NCBI GenBank assembly: GCA_041650955.1
Contig: JBAZKG010000003.1
Span: forward strand, 42,766 to 106,765
DNA length: 64,000 nucleotides
Source of the DNA: Patescibacteria group bacterium
Lineage (GTDB): Bacteria; Patescibacteriota; Patescibacteriia; 2-12-FULL-60-25
Direction: 5' to 3'
The position numbers were made by a program, and so were the translations under genes. Below the pieces are notes generated by a model. That model worked only from the letters and a program-made list of their open reading frames with translations, did not search any database and was not told the origin of the DNA. Positions 8,214 to 16,154 of this stretch are shown here, piece by piece; position 1 is the first letter of the stretch; each line of letters begins with the position of its first letter.

Positions 8214-8270
8214 CGGCCTCGATTCCAATCGCGTCTCACGCGACCACTTGGAATCGAGGTCGTGTTTTTT
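8214..8270 (+). terminator. Intrinsic terminator (second copy of the GATTCCAA hairpin module)
   Basis: CGGCCTCGATTCCAA...TTGGAATCGAGGTCG followed by TGTTTTTT. Confidence 0.8.
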
Positions 8271-8274
8271 ATAC

Positions 8275-8493
8275 CGACCTACCCCCGGCCCCTTCCTTTA
8301 CCCCGCCGTCGGCGGGGCGAGCAGGAAGGGGAGCTCTGACTCATGGTGGTTCCGTATGGGAATATATATTTTGTCATCGAATTAAATTTTTGTTTAAAGT
8401 CTGCGTTAAATCATCTAATAAAGTTTCTTTTAAAAATCAAACCTCGGCAGTATAGCTCCCCTTCCTGCGAAGGAAGGGGCCGGGGGTAGGTCG
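8275..8493. mobile_element. MITE-like element, copy 1 (~219 bp; 40-bp terminal inverted repeats with nested palindromes)
   Basis: Termini CGACCTACCCCCGGCCCCTTCC...AGGAAGGGGAGCT and AGCTCCCCTTCCTGCGAAGGAAGGGGCCGGGGGTAGGTCG. AT-rich core homologous to copy 2. The left terminus carries an extra nested palindrome CCCCGCCGTCGGCGGGG. Confidence 0.85.
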
Positions 8494-8517
8494 ATCTTAT
8501 CGACTCGTCATCTCCGT

Positions 8518-8546
8518 TTGACAGTCTGGCCAAAAAACAGTACTCT
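8518..8546 (+). promoter_or_regulatory. Sigma70-type promoter of infB (very short leader)
   Basis: TTGACA-17 nt-TACTCT. The -10 box ends 12 nt before the ATG at 8559. Confidence 0.7.
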
Positions 8547-8558
8547 ACACGCGATTCT

Positions 8559-10571
8559 ATGAACGTATCAGAACTCGCTCGACAATTGCGTGTCACGCCA
8601 AATGAGCTCCTGGATCGCCTTCCAGGACTTGGTTTTAGTATCGGCCGGCGCGCGATCAAGATCGATGACATGATGGCGAGCCAAATCATCCGAAAGTGGA
8701 ATGAAAACCGCCGCCGCGAGCGCATGCGTTCGTCGCTCATCAAGACATCGACATATCAGGCAGAGCGTCGCCCGGAGGATTTGCGTCCCATCTCGGTTCC
8801 GCCGATTTTGGCTGTGCGTGATTTGGCCGGGCTCATGGGCATGCCGGTGACGCGCGTGATTCAGGAACTCATGCGCAACGGAATTCTTGCGGCGCAGAAT
8901 GAACGGCTTGATTTTGAAACAGCCGCAATCATTGCGGAAGAACTTGGATACAAAGCCACTCTCATCGAGGCTGCGGATGAATCAAAGAGCGAACACGCCG
9001 CATCCGAAGGACGGTTAAAGAAAATGGTAGAAGAACATGGAGCCGAAGGCCGCATTGCGCGTCCGCCGGTGATCGTTGTCATGGGCCACGTGGATCATGG
9101 AAAAACGAAAACGCTCGACGCTATTCGAAAAACAAATGTCGTTGCAAGCGAAGCTGGAGGCATTACCCAGCATATCGGCGCGTATCAGGCAGAAAAGAAC
9201 GGACGCAAAATCACCTTCATCGATACGCCGGGACATGAAGCGTTCACGGTCATGCGTTCGCGTGGAGCCAAGGTCGCGGATATCGCCGTGCTCGTTGTGG
9301 CCGCAGACGACGGCGTTCAGCCGCAAACGAAAGAAGCGATCGACATCATCAAAGCCGCTGGGCTTCCGTTCGTCGTTGCGCTGAACAAGATCGATAAGCC
9401 CGAAGCAGATCCGGATCGCGTACTCGCGCAACTCGCAGATTATGGCGTGCAGGTGGAAGACTGGGGAGGAAAAATTCCGCTCGCAAAAATTTCCGCGCTC
9501 AAAGGCACGGGAATCGACGATTTGCTTGAATTGATTTTGCTCGTCGCTGACATGGAACCGGAACGCATTATGGCAAATCCGGATCGACTCGCGATCGGCA
9601 CAGTTATCGAGTCTCGCGTGGACAAAGGTGAAGGCGCAATTGCGACGATTCTTATCCAAGGCGGAACCTTGCATCGGAATGATTCGCTCGGCATCGCGAA
9701 TGCGCTCTACGGACGCGTGCGCGCTATGCGCGACTGGACCGGAAAAAATCTGGAATCTGCGGGGCCGGGTACGCCGGTAAAAATTCTTGGATTTAAAGTC
9801 GCTCCGGCCGTCGGCGATATCGTGGAAGTGCCGGAAGATCCAAAAAAGCTCGATGCCAAAGTGCGCACTGCGCATCAGGTCGCCGAAGGATTTACCGCAA
9901 AGAGGCAGGTGTCATCCAGTTCCACGGATGAGGACGGAAAGAAAAAACTCTTATTGAATGTCGTACTCAAATCCGATGTGCTCGGATCGCTCGAAGCGAT
10001 TTTGGGAATGCTCGAAAAAATTCATGATGATGACGTGGGCGTCGAAATCATCCGTAAGGGACTTGGATTCGTGACAGACGCGGATGTAAACGAGGCCGCG
10101 ACAGGATCAAAAATCGTCTACGCATTCAATGTTGGCGCAGGCCCGGGCATTGCAGAAAAGGCGCGCGAAAAAGGCGTTGAGATTCGAACGTATAAAATCA
10201 TTTACGAACTTCAGGACAATATCATCGCGGAATTGAACGCCCTGATCAAGCCGAAGGTTGATCTGATGCATACGGGATGGGTCAATGTGCTTGCGATATT
10301 CCGTACAGAAGCGGCTCGCCAGGTTGTCGGCGGCGTGGTGAAAGAAGGAAAAGCCATCACCGGCGAAAAGGCCCGTATTTGGCGCGGGGAAGAACCGATG
10401 GGCGACATGGAACTCGAATCCGTCCAAGCCGGAAAGCAAAAAATGAAAGAAGTTTCGGAAGGAACCGAATGCGGACTCTCGCTCGTGGGCAAACTTAAAG
10501 CCGAAGTCGGCGACCGCCTCGAAATTTTCCGCGAAGTGGTTACGGAGCATAAGGTGAAGATAGACCGGTAA
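8559..10571 (+). CDS. infB: Translation initiation factor IF-2
   Basis: 670 aa. GTPase motifs [21 protein letters not shown]. The IF-2 C-terminal domains are recognisable. Confidence 0.97.
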   Translation: MNVSELARQLRVTPNELLDRLPGLGFSIGRRAIKIDDMMASQIIRKWNENRRRERMRSSLIKTSTYQAERRPEDLRPISVPPILAVRDLAGLMGMPVTRVIQELMRNGILAAQNERLDFETAAIIAEELGYKATLIEAADESKSEHAASEGRLKKMVEEHGAEGRIARPPVIVVMGHVDHGKTKTLDAIRKTNVVASEAGGITQHIGAYQAEKNGRKITFIDTPGHEAFTVMRSRGAKVADIAVLVVAADDGVQPQTKEAIDIIKAAGLPFVVALNKIDKPEADPDRVLAQLADYGVQVEDWGGKIPLAKISALKGTGIDDLLELILLVADMEPERIMANPDRLAIGTVIESRVDKGEGAIATILIQGGTLHRNDSLGIANALYGRVRAMRDWTGKNLESAGPGTPVKILGFKVAPAVGDIVEVPEDPKKLDAKVRTAHQVAEGFTAKRQVSSSSTDEDGKKKLLLNVVLKSDVLGSLEAILGMLEKIHDDDVGVEIIRKGLGFVTDADVNEAATGSKIVYAFNVGAGPGIAEKAREKGVEIRTYKIIYELQDNIIAELNALIKPKVDLMHTGWVNVLAIFRTEAARQVVGGVVKEGKAITGEKARIWRGEEPMGDMELESVQAGKQKMKEVSEGTECGLSLVGKLKAEVGDRLEIFREVVTEHKVKIDR

Positions 10572-10575
10572 AAAT

Positions 10576-10646
10576 AGTGCGTGGTTAGTCGTTGCGTTGT
10601 TGCGTGGGATTTCCTACGCAACCACGTAACGACGTAACCACGCACT
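10576..10646. repeat. PPE, family F (8-nt unit ~GTTGCGTG)
   Basis: AGTGCGTGGTTAGTCGTTGCGTTGTTGCGTGGGA / TTTCC / TACGCAACCACGTAACGACGTAACCACGCACT. Confidence 0.9.
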
Positions 10647-10655
10647 TTCTTTATA

Positions 10656-10684
10656 TTGACAAATTCCCCATTTTCCACTACATT
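10656..10684 (+). promoter_or_regulatory. Sigma70-type promoter
   Basis: TTGACA-17 nt-TACATT, upstream of the SD-led ATG at 10734. Confidence 0.7.
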
Positions 10685-10733
10685 TTCCCTGCGTTCGCTT
10701 TGAACGTTTCGCACCTACACAAGGAGATTGCAC

Positions 10734-11597
10734 ATGTTGCAGTTTAAACACCCATCAATTGTTCGAATCATCGACCGCGCAGAGCCAGACTTCCAGAAAT
10801 ATGGAATGACGACAAACGGAGAAATTGTCGATGGAATTCTGCTTGTGAGAGTATTCACCGGAATTCCTCAATACACTCTTGGAGGGTTTTCTCTCAAAGA
10901 CATGTTTGGACTGTGGCCCGTTTCAATCAGCCAATATCTCGTGATGGAGAATACATTCGTGGATCCAACGGATCAGTCTCTTGCCTTCTGCACCGTGATG
11001 AATGATGAAATGAAACAAGGGGTGTCTGTTCCAAGTTCCTGGAGCACGCTCATACCAAAAATGGATTCAGTGCCGCTTGAATTGCTCATCGCGCAACACC
11101 TAAATGATACATGCGCACAACTCGCGCTTCAACGATACGATCCAGCCAACCGCGATTGCTGCCGGTTGCTTCCCCTCGTTCATCCGGATCGGCTTCGACA
11201 AGAATGGTTTCTTGGCCGGTTCACGGACGTGAATGCATTGTGGCGGTACTTTTTCGACTGCACGTGGATGGAGCATGAGTATGAGAGCAAGGTATTTCTT
11301 CTCTGGCGGTTGAGAGATATCGCTGAAGAAGAAACAATACAACGCTGTGGTGTCGAAGTCTTGAAACCGGAACATTCAGATACAACTCGATTCGCAATAA
11401 TCGAAGCCATGTCACATCGTATCATTGATGCGATTCATGCTATCGTCATGGACGACACAGAATCCTTGAAAGTAAGAAAGAAAGCTTTTGAAATCATGGA
11501 TGTGAATAATGAATGGCGCTGTAGATTTCAAGGAGAACATACTGAACAGTATCGGCGCATCATGCAACCGAGACTCAAACTTCCTAAAATCTCTTGA
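10734..11597 (+). CDS. Hypothetical cytoplasmic protein
   Basis: ATG at 10734 preceded by AAGGAGA (the track start 10728 is a TTG). 287 aa, no recognisable family. Promoter upstream and terminator downstream. Confidence 0.7.
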   Translation: MLQFKHPSIVRIIDRAEPDFQKYGMTTNGEIVDGILLVRVFTGIPQYTLGGFSLKDMFGLWPVSISQYLVMENTFVDPTDQSLAFCTVMNDEMKQGVSVPSSWSTLIPKMDSVPLELLIAQHLNDTCAQLALQRYDPANRDCCRLLPLVHPDRLRQEWFLGRFTDVNALWRYFFDCTWMEHEYESKVFLLWRLRDIAEEETIQRCGVEVLKPEHSDTTRFAIIEAMSHRIIDAIHAIVMDDTESLKVRKKAFEIMDVNNEWRCRFQGEHTEQYRRIMQPRLKLPKIS

Positions 11598-11604
11598 ATA
11601 CAAC

Positions 11605-11638
11605 GTAGCGGCTCAACGTACCGAGCCGCTACTTTTTT
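11605..11638 (+). terminator. Intrinsic terminator
   Basis: GTAGCGGCTC-AACGTACC-GAGCCGCTAC followed by TTTTTT. Confidence 0.85.
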
Positions 11639-11641
11639 ATC

Positions 11642-11710
11642 TGGTTACTAGCTTCTAGCTTCTGGCTTTCAGCGAATAGCCAGTAGCCAGAAGCTAGAAG
11701 CTAGTAGCCA
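11642..11710. repeat. PPE, family E variant
   Basis: TGGTTACTAGCTTCTAGCTTCTGGCT / TTCAGCGAAT / AGCCAGTAGCCAGAAGCTAGAAGCTAGTAGCCA. Confidence 0.9.
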
Positions 11711-11723
11711 AAACAAAGTTTAA

Positions 11724-11751
11724 GCCGCCGAACGAGAAGGTGTTCGGCGGC
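11724..11751. terminator. Bidirectional hairpin terminator
   Basis: GCCGCCGAAC-GAGAAGGT-GTTCGGCGGC with an A-run before and a T-run after. It lies just 3' of the minus-strand gene ending at 11779. Confidence 0.7.
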
Positions 11752-11778
11752 TTTGTTGTATGAAAGAGCTCCGATGAG

Positions 11779-12255
11779 CTATGCAACAAGAACTTCGGAA
11801 ACTGCAGTCGCAGATCCGGACGATGATCCAGTTACCTGTGAAGGGGGATTGGTCGAGGCTGATTCGAGTCGCGGGAAGATTGCCATGTCTCGAAGCGTTT
11901 GCATCGCGGTTCTGGCCAATGGTTTTCCAAGCTGGTTTTGCAACAGTCGCGCGACTTCTTGCGAGCCTTTCTTCTTGATGGCACCGACCGTCGGCAGGTT
12001 GGTCCTGATCAAGACGTTCTTTGCTTCGCTTCCAAGTTCGGGCAAGCTGTTCACATGCGTCCCTCGACAGATCCTTCGCGCTTCGATTTGTTTCGGCAGC
12101 TCCATCCAAGGAACGTCTTTCTGCGGAGACGCTTCAGGCATCTGTGGGCTCTCGTATTGCGAGAATAATCCCACCGCCCTTGCGAATCCGTCCAGACTTG
12201 CTCTTCCAAGCGGTTTGGTACCTAATTTTCTTCTCTTTTTCAACGTATCCTCCAT
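11779..12255 (-). CDS. Hypothetical protein
   Basis: Chosen among three overlapping ORFs because a TTGACA-17-TATCCT promoter faces it and a terminator follows it. The start is set at ATG 12255 (MEDTLKKRRKLG...), because the track start 12321 lies inside the -35 box. Confidence 0.5.
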   Translation of the reverse strand: MEDTLKKRRKLGTKPLGRASLDGFARAVGLFSQYESPQMPEASPQKDVPWMELPKQIEARRICRGTHVNSLPELGSEAKNVLIRTNLPTVGAIKKKGSQEVARLLQNQLGKPLARTAMQTLRDMAIFPRLESASTNPPSQVTGSSSGSATAVSEVLVA

Positions 12256-12292
12256 TCGTTTCCCCAAAACTATTTTGGGAACGATGGGGGAT

Positions 12293-12321
12293 AGGATAGA
12301 GGATTTTAGGGGAAGTGTCAA
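12293..12321 (-). promoter_or_regulatory. Sigma70-type promoter
   Basis: Minus strand reads TTGACA-17 nt-TATCCT. Confidence 0.65.
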
Positions 12322-12325
12322 TGAG

Positions 12326-12477
12326 TAGTAGCTAGTAGCTAGTAGCTAGTAGCTAGAAGCTAGGAAGATAAAAATCTTCCAAATAATCCCAGATAATCCC
12401 AGCTACTAGATGCTAGCTACCAGCTACTATATTATTTGCATTTTTCCACAGCTTCTAGCTACCAGCTACTAGCTACT
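12326..12477. repeat. PPE, family E, compound copy
   Basis: (GTAGCTA)x4-GAAGCTAGGAAGAT / AAAA / ATCTTCC..., followed by two right-arm blocks AGCTACTAGATGCTAGCTACCAGCTACT and GCTTCTAGCTACCAGCTACTAGCTACT. Confidence 0.85.
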
Positions 12478-12489
12478 CTTGCAAAGGCA

Positions 12490-12518
12490 TTGACTGCTCC
12501 TTGAGCAGTCGTTAAGAT
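12490..12518 (+). promoter_or_regulatory. Sigma70-type promoter of trxA-trxB
   Basis: TTGACT-17 nt-TAAGAT. Confidence 0.7.
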
Positions 12519-12548
12519 GGCTTGACATTACTATATCAATCAAATCCT

Positions 12549-12866
12549 ATGGAAAAAACGTACACTGATGCAAATTTCGAAGCCGAAGTTTTGAAAGCGG
12601 ACAAGCCGGTGCTTGTGGATTTTTGGGCGCCATGGTGCGGGCCGTGCAAAATGATGGCTCCGACCATTGAACAGATCGCGAAAGAGCTGGATGGAAAAGT
12701 TCTTGTTGGAAAAATGAATGTGGATGAAAGCAATACCTACGCACAACAATTCGGCATCATGAGCATTCCCACTTTTCTCATTTTCAAAGACGGTAAAGTC
12801 GTGGAACAGATGATCGGGGTGATGGATAAGGAGGATATGAAAGAGAAAATAGTAAAATATATTTAA
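12549..12866 (+). CDS. trxA: Thioredoxin
   Basis: WCGPCK active site. MEKTYTDANFEAEVLKADKPVLVDFWAPWCGPCKMMAP. The start is set at ATG 12549 rather than the track TTG at 12522. Confidence 0.95.
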   Translation: MEKTYTDANFEAEVLKADKPVLVDFWAPWCGPCKMMAPTIEQIAKELDGKVLVGKMNVDESNTYAQQFGIMSIPTFLIFKDGKVVEQMIGVMDKEDMKEKIVKYI

Positions 12867-12929
12867 GTTGCATAGGACGTGGTTGCGTGGTTACGTAGGA
12901 ATCCCACGCAACCACGTAACAACGCAACT
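12866..12929. repeat. PPE, family F
   Basis: AGTTGCATAGGACGTGGTTGCGTGGTTACGTAGGA / A / TCCCACGCAACCACGTAACAACGCAACT, between trxA and trxB. Confidence 0.85.
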
Positions 12930-12936
12930 ATTTTAT

Positions 12937-13857
12937 ATGAATGACGTTATCATCATTGGTTCCGGCCCGGCCGGATGGACCGCGGCGATTTATGCGGCGC
13001 GGGCGGATTTGCATCCAGTTGTTTTTGAAGGCGATGAACCGGGCGGACAGCTGATTACAACGACGGAAGTTGAAAACTTTCCGGGTTTTGAAAACGGAAT
13101 CATGGGCCCGGAACTGATGGATGTGATGAAAAAACAGGCTGCGCGTTTTGGAACGGAAATTATTACCCAGCGCGTGGACGAGCTTCGTCGGAACGAGGAC
13201 GGGACATTTACTGTCGTCTCGAAAGGAACGGAATACCAGTCCAAAGCGATTATTCTTGCGACCGGCGCAACAGCGCGCCGCATCGGACTCGAGTCCGAAA
13301 AAGCGCTCTACGGCAAAGGCGTTTCCGCGTGCGCAACATGCGACGGATTTTTCTTTAAAGGAAAAGAAGTCATCATTGTCGGCGGGGGAGACTCGGCAAT
13401 GGAAGAAGCGGATTTTTTGACGCGTTTTGCAACCAAGGTCTCTATCGTCCATCGACGCGACGCTTTTCGCGCAAGCAAGGCAATGCAAGATCGCATTTTT
13501 AAGAATTCAAAAATCGAAGTTATCTGGAATTCCGAAGTCACGGAAATTCTCGGCGTTGATGTCGGCCACGTGACAGGCGTCACCTTGAAATCAACCATCG
13601 ACGGATCAACGCGCGAGATGAAGATCGACGGCGTCTTTGCGGCCATCGGCCATGTTCCGAATTCCGATCTTGTCAAAAATCTTCTTGAACTCGACGAAAA
13701 AGGATACGTCAAAACCATCCCTGGCTCATCCAAAACCTCCATTCCCGGCCTCTTCGCCTGCGGCGACCTCCAAGACTCCCGCTACCGCCAAGCCATCACG
13801 GCCGCCGGGACTGGATGCATGGCGGCGCTGGATGCGGAAAAGTATTTAGCGGAATAA
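12937..13857 (+). CDS. trxB: Thioredoxin-disulfide reductase
   Basis: MNDVIIIGSGPAGWTAAIYAARA (FAD GxGxxG) and CATCDG redox-active disulfide. The track start 12868 reads through the PPE and is rejected. Confidence 0.95.
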   Translation: MNDVIIIGSGPAGWTAAIYAARADLHPVVFEGDEPGGQLITTTEVENFPGFENGIMGPELMDVMKKQAARFGTEIITQRVDELRRNEDGTFTVVSKGTEYQSKAIILATGATARRIGLESEKALYGKGVSACATCDGFFFKGKEVIIVGGGDSAMEEADFLTRFATKVSIVHRRDAFRASKAMQDRIFKNSKIEVIWNSEVTEILGVDVGHVTGVTLKSTIDGSTREMKIDGVFAAIGHVPNSDLVKNLLELDEKGYVKTIPGSSKTSIPGLFACGDLQDSRYRQAITAAGTGCMAALDAEKYLAE

Positions 13858-13870
13858 ATTCGTTTTAAAT

Positions 13871-14067
13871 CGACCTTCCCCCGGCCCCTTCCTTCGCAGG
13901 AAGGGGAGCTCTGACTCATGGTGGTTCCGTATGGGGAATGTAAATTTTTTGTGATCGAATCATTTTTATTTAAAGTCCGCGTTGTATCATCTATAAAGTT
14001 CCATAAAAAAATCAACCTCGATAGTATAGCTCCCCTTCCTGCGAAGGAAGGGGCCGGGGGAAGGTCG
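13871..14067. mobile_element. MITE-like element, copy 2 (197 bp)
   Basis: CGACCTTCCCCCGGCCCCTTCCTTCGCAGGAAGGGGAGCT ... AGCTCCCCTTCCTGCGAAGGAAGGGGCCGGGGGAAGGTCG. The core (CTGACTCATGGTGGTTCCGTATGGG...) is homologous to copy 1. Confidence 0.9.
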
Positions 14068-14069
14068 AT

Positions 14070-14208
14070 AAAAAAAGAACCGCACGACCTTGTTTGCAAG
14101 GGGTGCGGTTCGAGTGAAAGCGTCAGAGAAGAACGAGCTTTCCACCATGGACCCGAAGACCTTTCGGTCAACCTTCTGGTTATCATCTTCCGACAAACTC
14201 CATGGCCT
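14070..14208 (-). ncRNA. Candidate small RNA (~135 nt) of unknown class
   Basis: Minus-strand TTGACA-17-TAAAAG promoter (14215-14243). No ORF longer than 6 codons follows an in-frame start with an SD. GNRA hairpin GACC-GAAA-GGUC. Strong terminator GAACCGCAC...GTGCGGTTC plus T8 at 14070-14111. Confidence 0.4.
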
Positions 14209-14214
14209 AAATAT

Positions 14215-14243
14215 CTTTTATCAAAAATAAGGTATTTTGTCAA
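14215..14243 (-). promoter_or_regulatory. Sigma70-type promoter of the candidate sRNA
   Basis: Minus strand reads TTGACA-17 nt-TAAAAG. Confidence 0.55.
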
Positions 14244-14278
14244 GGAATAATTTTAAAAAACCTTTAAAAATAAGGTCT

Positions 14279-14312
14279 TTCCCACGCCCCACGCCCCACG
14301 CCCCACGCCCCC
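14279..14312. repeat. Family C half-element (one arm only)
   Basis: TTCCCACGCCCCACGCCCCACGCCCCACGCCCCC, four CCACGCC units and no complementary arm nearby. Confidence 0.8.
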
Positions 14313-14323
14313 TCTTCTTCCCA

Positions 14324-14352
14324 TTGACAAACCTCCCGTAAAACCGTACTAT
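14324..14352 (+). promoter_or_regulatory. Sigma70-type promoter of rpsP (near-leaderless)
   Basis: TTGACA-17 nt-TACTAT. The ATG is 11 nt after the -10 box. Confidence 0.75.
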
Positions 14353-14363
14353 TTGCCCACACT

Positions 14364-14840
14364 ATGTTGCATATCCGTTTACGCCGAGGCGGGAAGAGAA
14401 AACAACCGATTTACCGGTTGATTGTTTGCGAAAAGACCAAAGATCCCTGGGGAGATTATTTGGAGAATTTGGGCACATTCAATCCGCGATCAACTCCGCC
14501 GGAGGTCAATTTTAATACGGAGCATATCAAGGAATGGATTGCCAAGGGCGCGCAATGCTCGGACACGGTCTGGAATATGTTGCTTGACCAAGGCGTTGTA
14601 ACGGGTGCAAAACGCAAGACCGTCGAACTCTCAAAGAAACGCCACGCCAAGATGGAAAAGGCCGGTGCGGATAAGAAGGCCGCGGCCGAAGCAAAGGAAG
14701 CAAAAGCCGCGGCCGAAGCTGAAGCGAAGCGTCAGGCGGCGGAAGAAGCCAAAGCGGCGGCCGAAGCGGCGAAAGCCGAAGCTGAAGCGGCTCCTGCAGT
14801 AGAGGAAGTTCCTGCATCTGAAGAAGCACCAGCGGAATAA
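14364..14840 (+). CDS. rpsP: 30S ribosomal protein S16 with ~75-aa Ala/Glu/Lys-rich C-terminal extension
   Basis: MLHIRLRRGGKRKQPIYRLIVCEKTKDPWGDYLENLGTFNP matches the S16 core. The tail is AAEAKEAKAAAEAEAKRQAAEEAKAAAEAAKAEAEAA. Confidence 0.93.
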   Translation: MLHIRLRRGGKRKQPIYRLIVCEKTKDPWGDYLENLGTFNPRSTPPEVNFNTEHIKEWIAKGAQCSDTVWNMLLDQGVVTGAKRKTVELSKKRHAKMEKAGADKKAAAEAKEAKAAAEAEAKRQAAEEAKAAAEAAKAEAEAAPAVEEVPASEEAPAE

Positions 14841-14943
14841 TAGTAGCTGGTAGCTGGTAGCTAGGAAGAATTTGAGAGGCGGGTCTGAAAAGGCTCGCTT
14901 TTTTGTTTTTTCCTAGCTACTAGCTACCAGCTACCAGCTACTA
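14841..14943. repeat. PPE, family E; the loop carries a T-rich terminator-like tract
   Basis: TAGTAGCTGGTAGCTGGTAGCTAGGAA ... TTCCTAGCTACTAGCTACCAGCTACCAGCTACTA. The loop contains GGCTCGCTTTTTTGTTTTTT. Confidence 0.9.
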
Positions 14944-15055
14944 ATCTCCCCATCTCGACAACCTACCCTCAAAATGCTATCCTATATCCATCGTTCGGCA
15001 AGTTGCCACAGCCGGGCGCCAAGATTCCTTAACATATTGAAAGAATATAACTACT

Positions 15056-15445
15056 ATGGCTGAACTCCTAAAGGATCAGGCATTCGTGGAAAGCGTTGTA
15101 AAAGCGCTTGTGAACCACCCAGAAGACGTCCATACGGATCGAACCGTGGACGACCGAGGCGTGCTGATCACCCTCCACATTAATCAGGAAGACATGGGCT
15201 ACATCATTGGCCGACAGGGCCAAACGGCGCGTGCGCTTCGCATCCTCCTCAAAACGGTTGGTGCAAAAGATAATGCTCGCGTAAACTTAAAAATTTACGA
15301 GCCGGAAGAACTTCGCCGTGAACACCACGAGCGGAAAGGATTTTCACCTCGACCAGCCGCATCTGGCATGGGCGCATCTGCCCCATCGTCACATGGCGAA
15401 GCAGGAATGGTTACGGATGAAGATTTGGCAGACCTTGGGATATAA
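15056..15445 (+). CDS. KH-domain RNA-binding protein (YlqC/UPF0109-like) with C-terminal extension
   Basis: VKALVNHPEDVHTDRTVDDRGVLITLHINQEDMGYIIGRQGQTARALRILLKTVG. It occupies the conserved position after rpsP. Confidence 0.85.
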   Translation: MAELLKDQAFVESVVKALVNHPEDVHTDRTVDDRGVLITLHINQEDMGYIIGRQGQTARALRILLKTVGAKDNARVNLKIYEPEELRREHHERKGFSPRPAASGMGASAPSSHGEAGMVTDEDLADLGI

Positions 15446-15461
15446 AATTCAATACATACGA

Positions 15462-15496
15462 AACCGCAGGCGCAGGCAACAGCCTGCGGTTTTTGT
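15462..15496 (+). terminator. Intrinsic terminator
   Basis: ACCGCAGGC-GCAGGCAACA-GCCTGCGGT followed by TTTTTG. Confidence 0.85.
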
Positions 15497-15505
15497 TGAT
15501 GAAAT

Positions 15506-15704
15506 CGACCCATCCCCGGCCCTTCCCTTCGCAGGGAAGGGAGCTATACTGCGAAGATTATTTTTTTTGAAATTGAATAGAGAAATGAATCAACGTCAAC
15601 TCTTTATTGTTTGAATATGTCAACTTGAAATTTGGCGCATATAATGAAAGTATTATTGACAGCAAGCTCCCTTCCCTGCGAAGGGAAGGGCCGGGGATGG
15701 GTCG
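15506..15704. mobile_element. MITE-like element, copy 3 (199 bp, inverted relative to copies 1-2, more diverged)
   Basis: CGACCCATCCCCGGCCCTTCCCTTCGCAGGGAAGGGAGCT ... AGCTCCCTTCCCTGCGAAGGGAAGGGCCGGGGATGGGTCG. The substitutions in the two termini are complementary, so pairing is preserved. Confidence 0.85.
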
Positions 15705-15707
15705 ATA

Positions 15708-15742
15708 CAAAAAAAAGCGGTCCGATGTTTGGTCGGACCGCT
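15708..15742 (-). terminator. Intrinsic terminator of the 15762-16007 gene
   Basis: GCGGTCCG-ATGTTTGGT-CGGACCGC, with a T-run on the minus strand. Confidence 0.75.
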
Positions 15743-15761
15743 TTGAGCGATTGGCAGAGAG

Positions 15762-16007
15762 TCAAAGTTTTATTTTTGCACGAGGGATCTTTGGACGATG
15801 GATTGATACTGCGGCCATCCAAACACTGCAGACGATGAGAAGGATATACAGTGCGAGGCCTTCTGTTCCATCAAATCCTTTTTTGTCGCAATCGTAAACG
15901 ATGCACATCGCACAGGAAGTCGGCGATTCTGCGAGGATCATGACGATATCCCATAAGATACTTAGAATGCCAAAAATAGCCCCGACGATTCCGAAAATTA
16001 CACCCAT
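15762..16007 (-). CDS. Hypothetical small membrane protein (Cys-rich loop)
   Basis: 81 aa, strong SD AATAGGAGGCTAGAAAAATC-ATG, two hydrophobic helices, own terminator. Confidence 0.65.
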   Translation of the reverse strand: MGVIFGIVGAIFGILSILWDIVMILAESPTSCAMCIVYDCDKKGFDGTEGLALYILLIVCSVWMAAVSIHRPKIPRAKIKL

Positions 16008-16154
16008 GATTTTTCTAGCCTCCTATTGGCGGTGAAATGTACCAACGTTGTTGACGTCTATGGCTTAGACTAGCAGAAATCAGCATTTTTTTCAAGTCCT
16101 CGCATCCAAGAGCGCAGAGTTGTCATTCCTGCCAATACCACGTAAGCTACTCGT

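Noticed and set aside
7876-8455. ORFs 7876-8385 and 7883-8455 (+) and 13782-14243 (-), which run across MITE copies.
   Set aside because: They translate terminal inverted repeats and AT-rich MITE cores and overlap a better-supported gene or terminator. This is not coding-like.
9015-9875. Long antisense ORFs in the track that overlap conserved genes. Examples: 9015-9875 opposite infB, 31793-32587 opposite pilB, 33572-34306 opposite the 33551 membrane gene, 34705-35373 and 35548-36024 opposite ftsH, 36725-37467 opposite rpsA, 45386-46882 opposite metG, 57302-58213 opposite the FecR-like gene.
   Set aside because: The opposite strand encodes proteins with unmistakable family motifs. The antisense ORFs have biased, low-complexity or Arg/Ser-rich composition and lack an SD or promoter. 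They are shadow ORFs.
11720-12328. Alternative ORFs 11753-12328 (+) and 11720-12109 (-) overlapping the chosen 11779-12255 (-) gene.
   Set aside because: Promoter orientation (12293-12321) and terminator position (11724-11751) fit only the chosen frame. The alternatives are Cys/Ser/Arg-rich. Even the chosen call is only moderately confident.
12868-12936. N-terminal extensions of track ORFs that read through palindromic elements: starts at 12868, 18651, 25896, 39682, 44271, 55306, 56133, 58250 and 60964.
   Set aside because: The extensions translate repeat arms (for example MHRTWLRGYVGIPRNHVTTQLFY and MDKTYRSRDLQTYSPTDLQTYLPT). The conserved protein or signal peptide begins at an internal ATG in each case, so I moved the starts.
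14070-14208. Calling the candidate sRNA an SRP (4.5S) RNA.
   Set aside because: There is only a loose resemblance to the helix-8 consensus. The conserved GGAA tetraloop and AGCA symmetric-loop residues are not present, so the class is left open.
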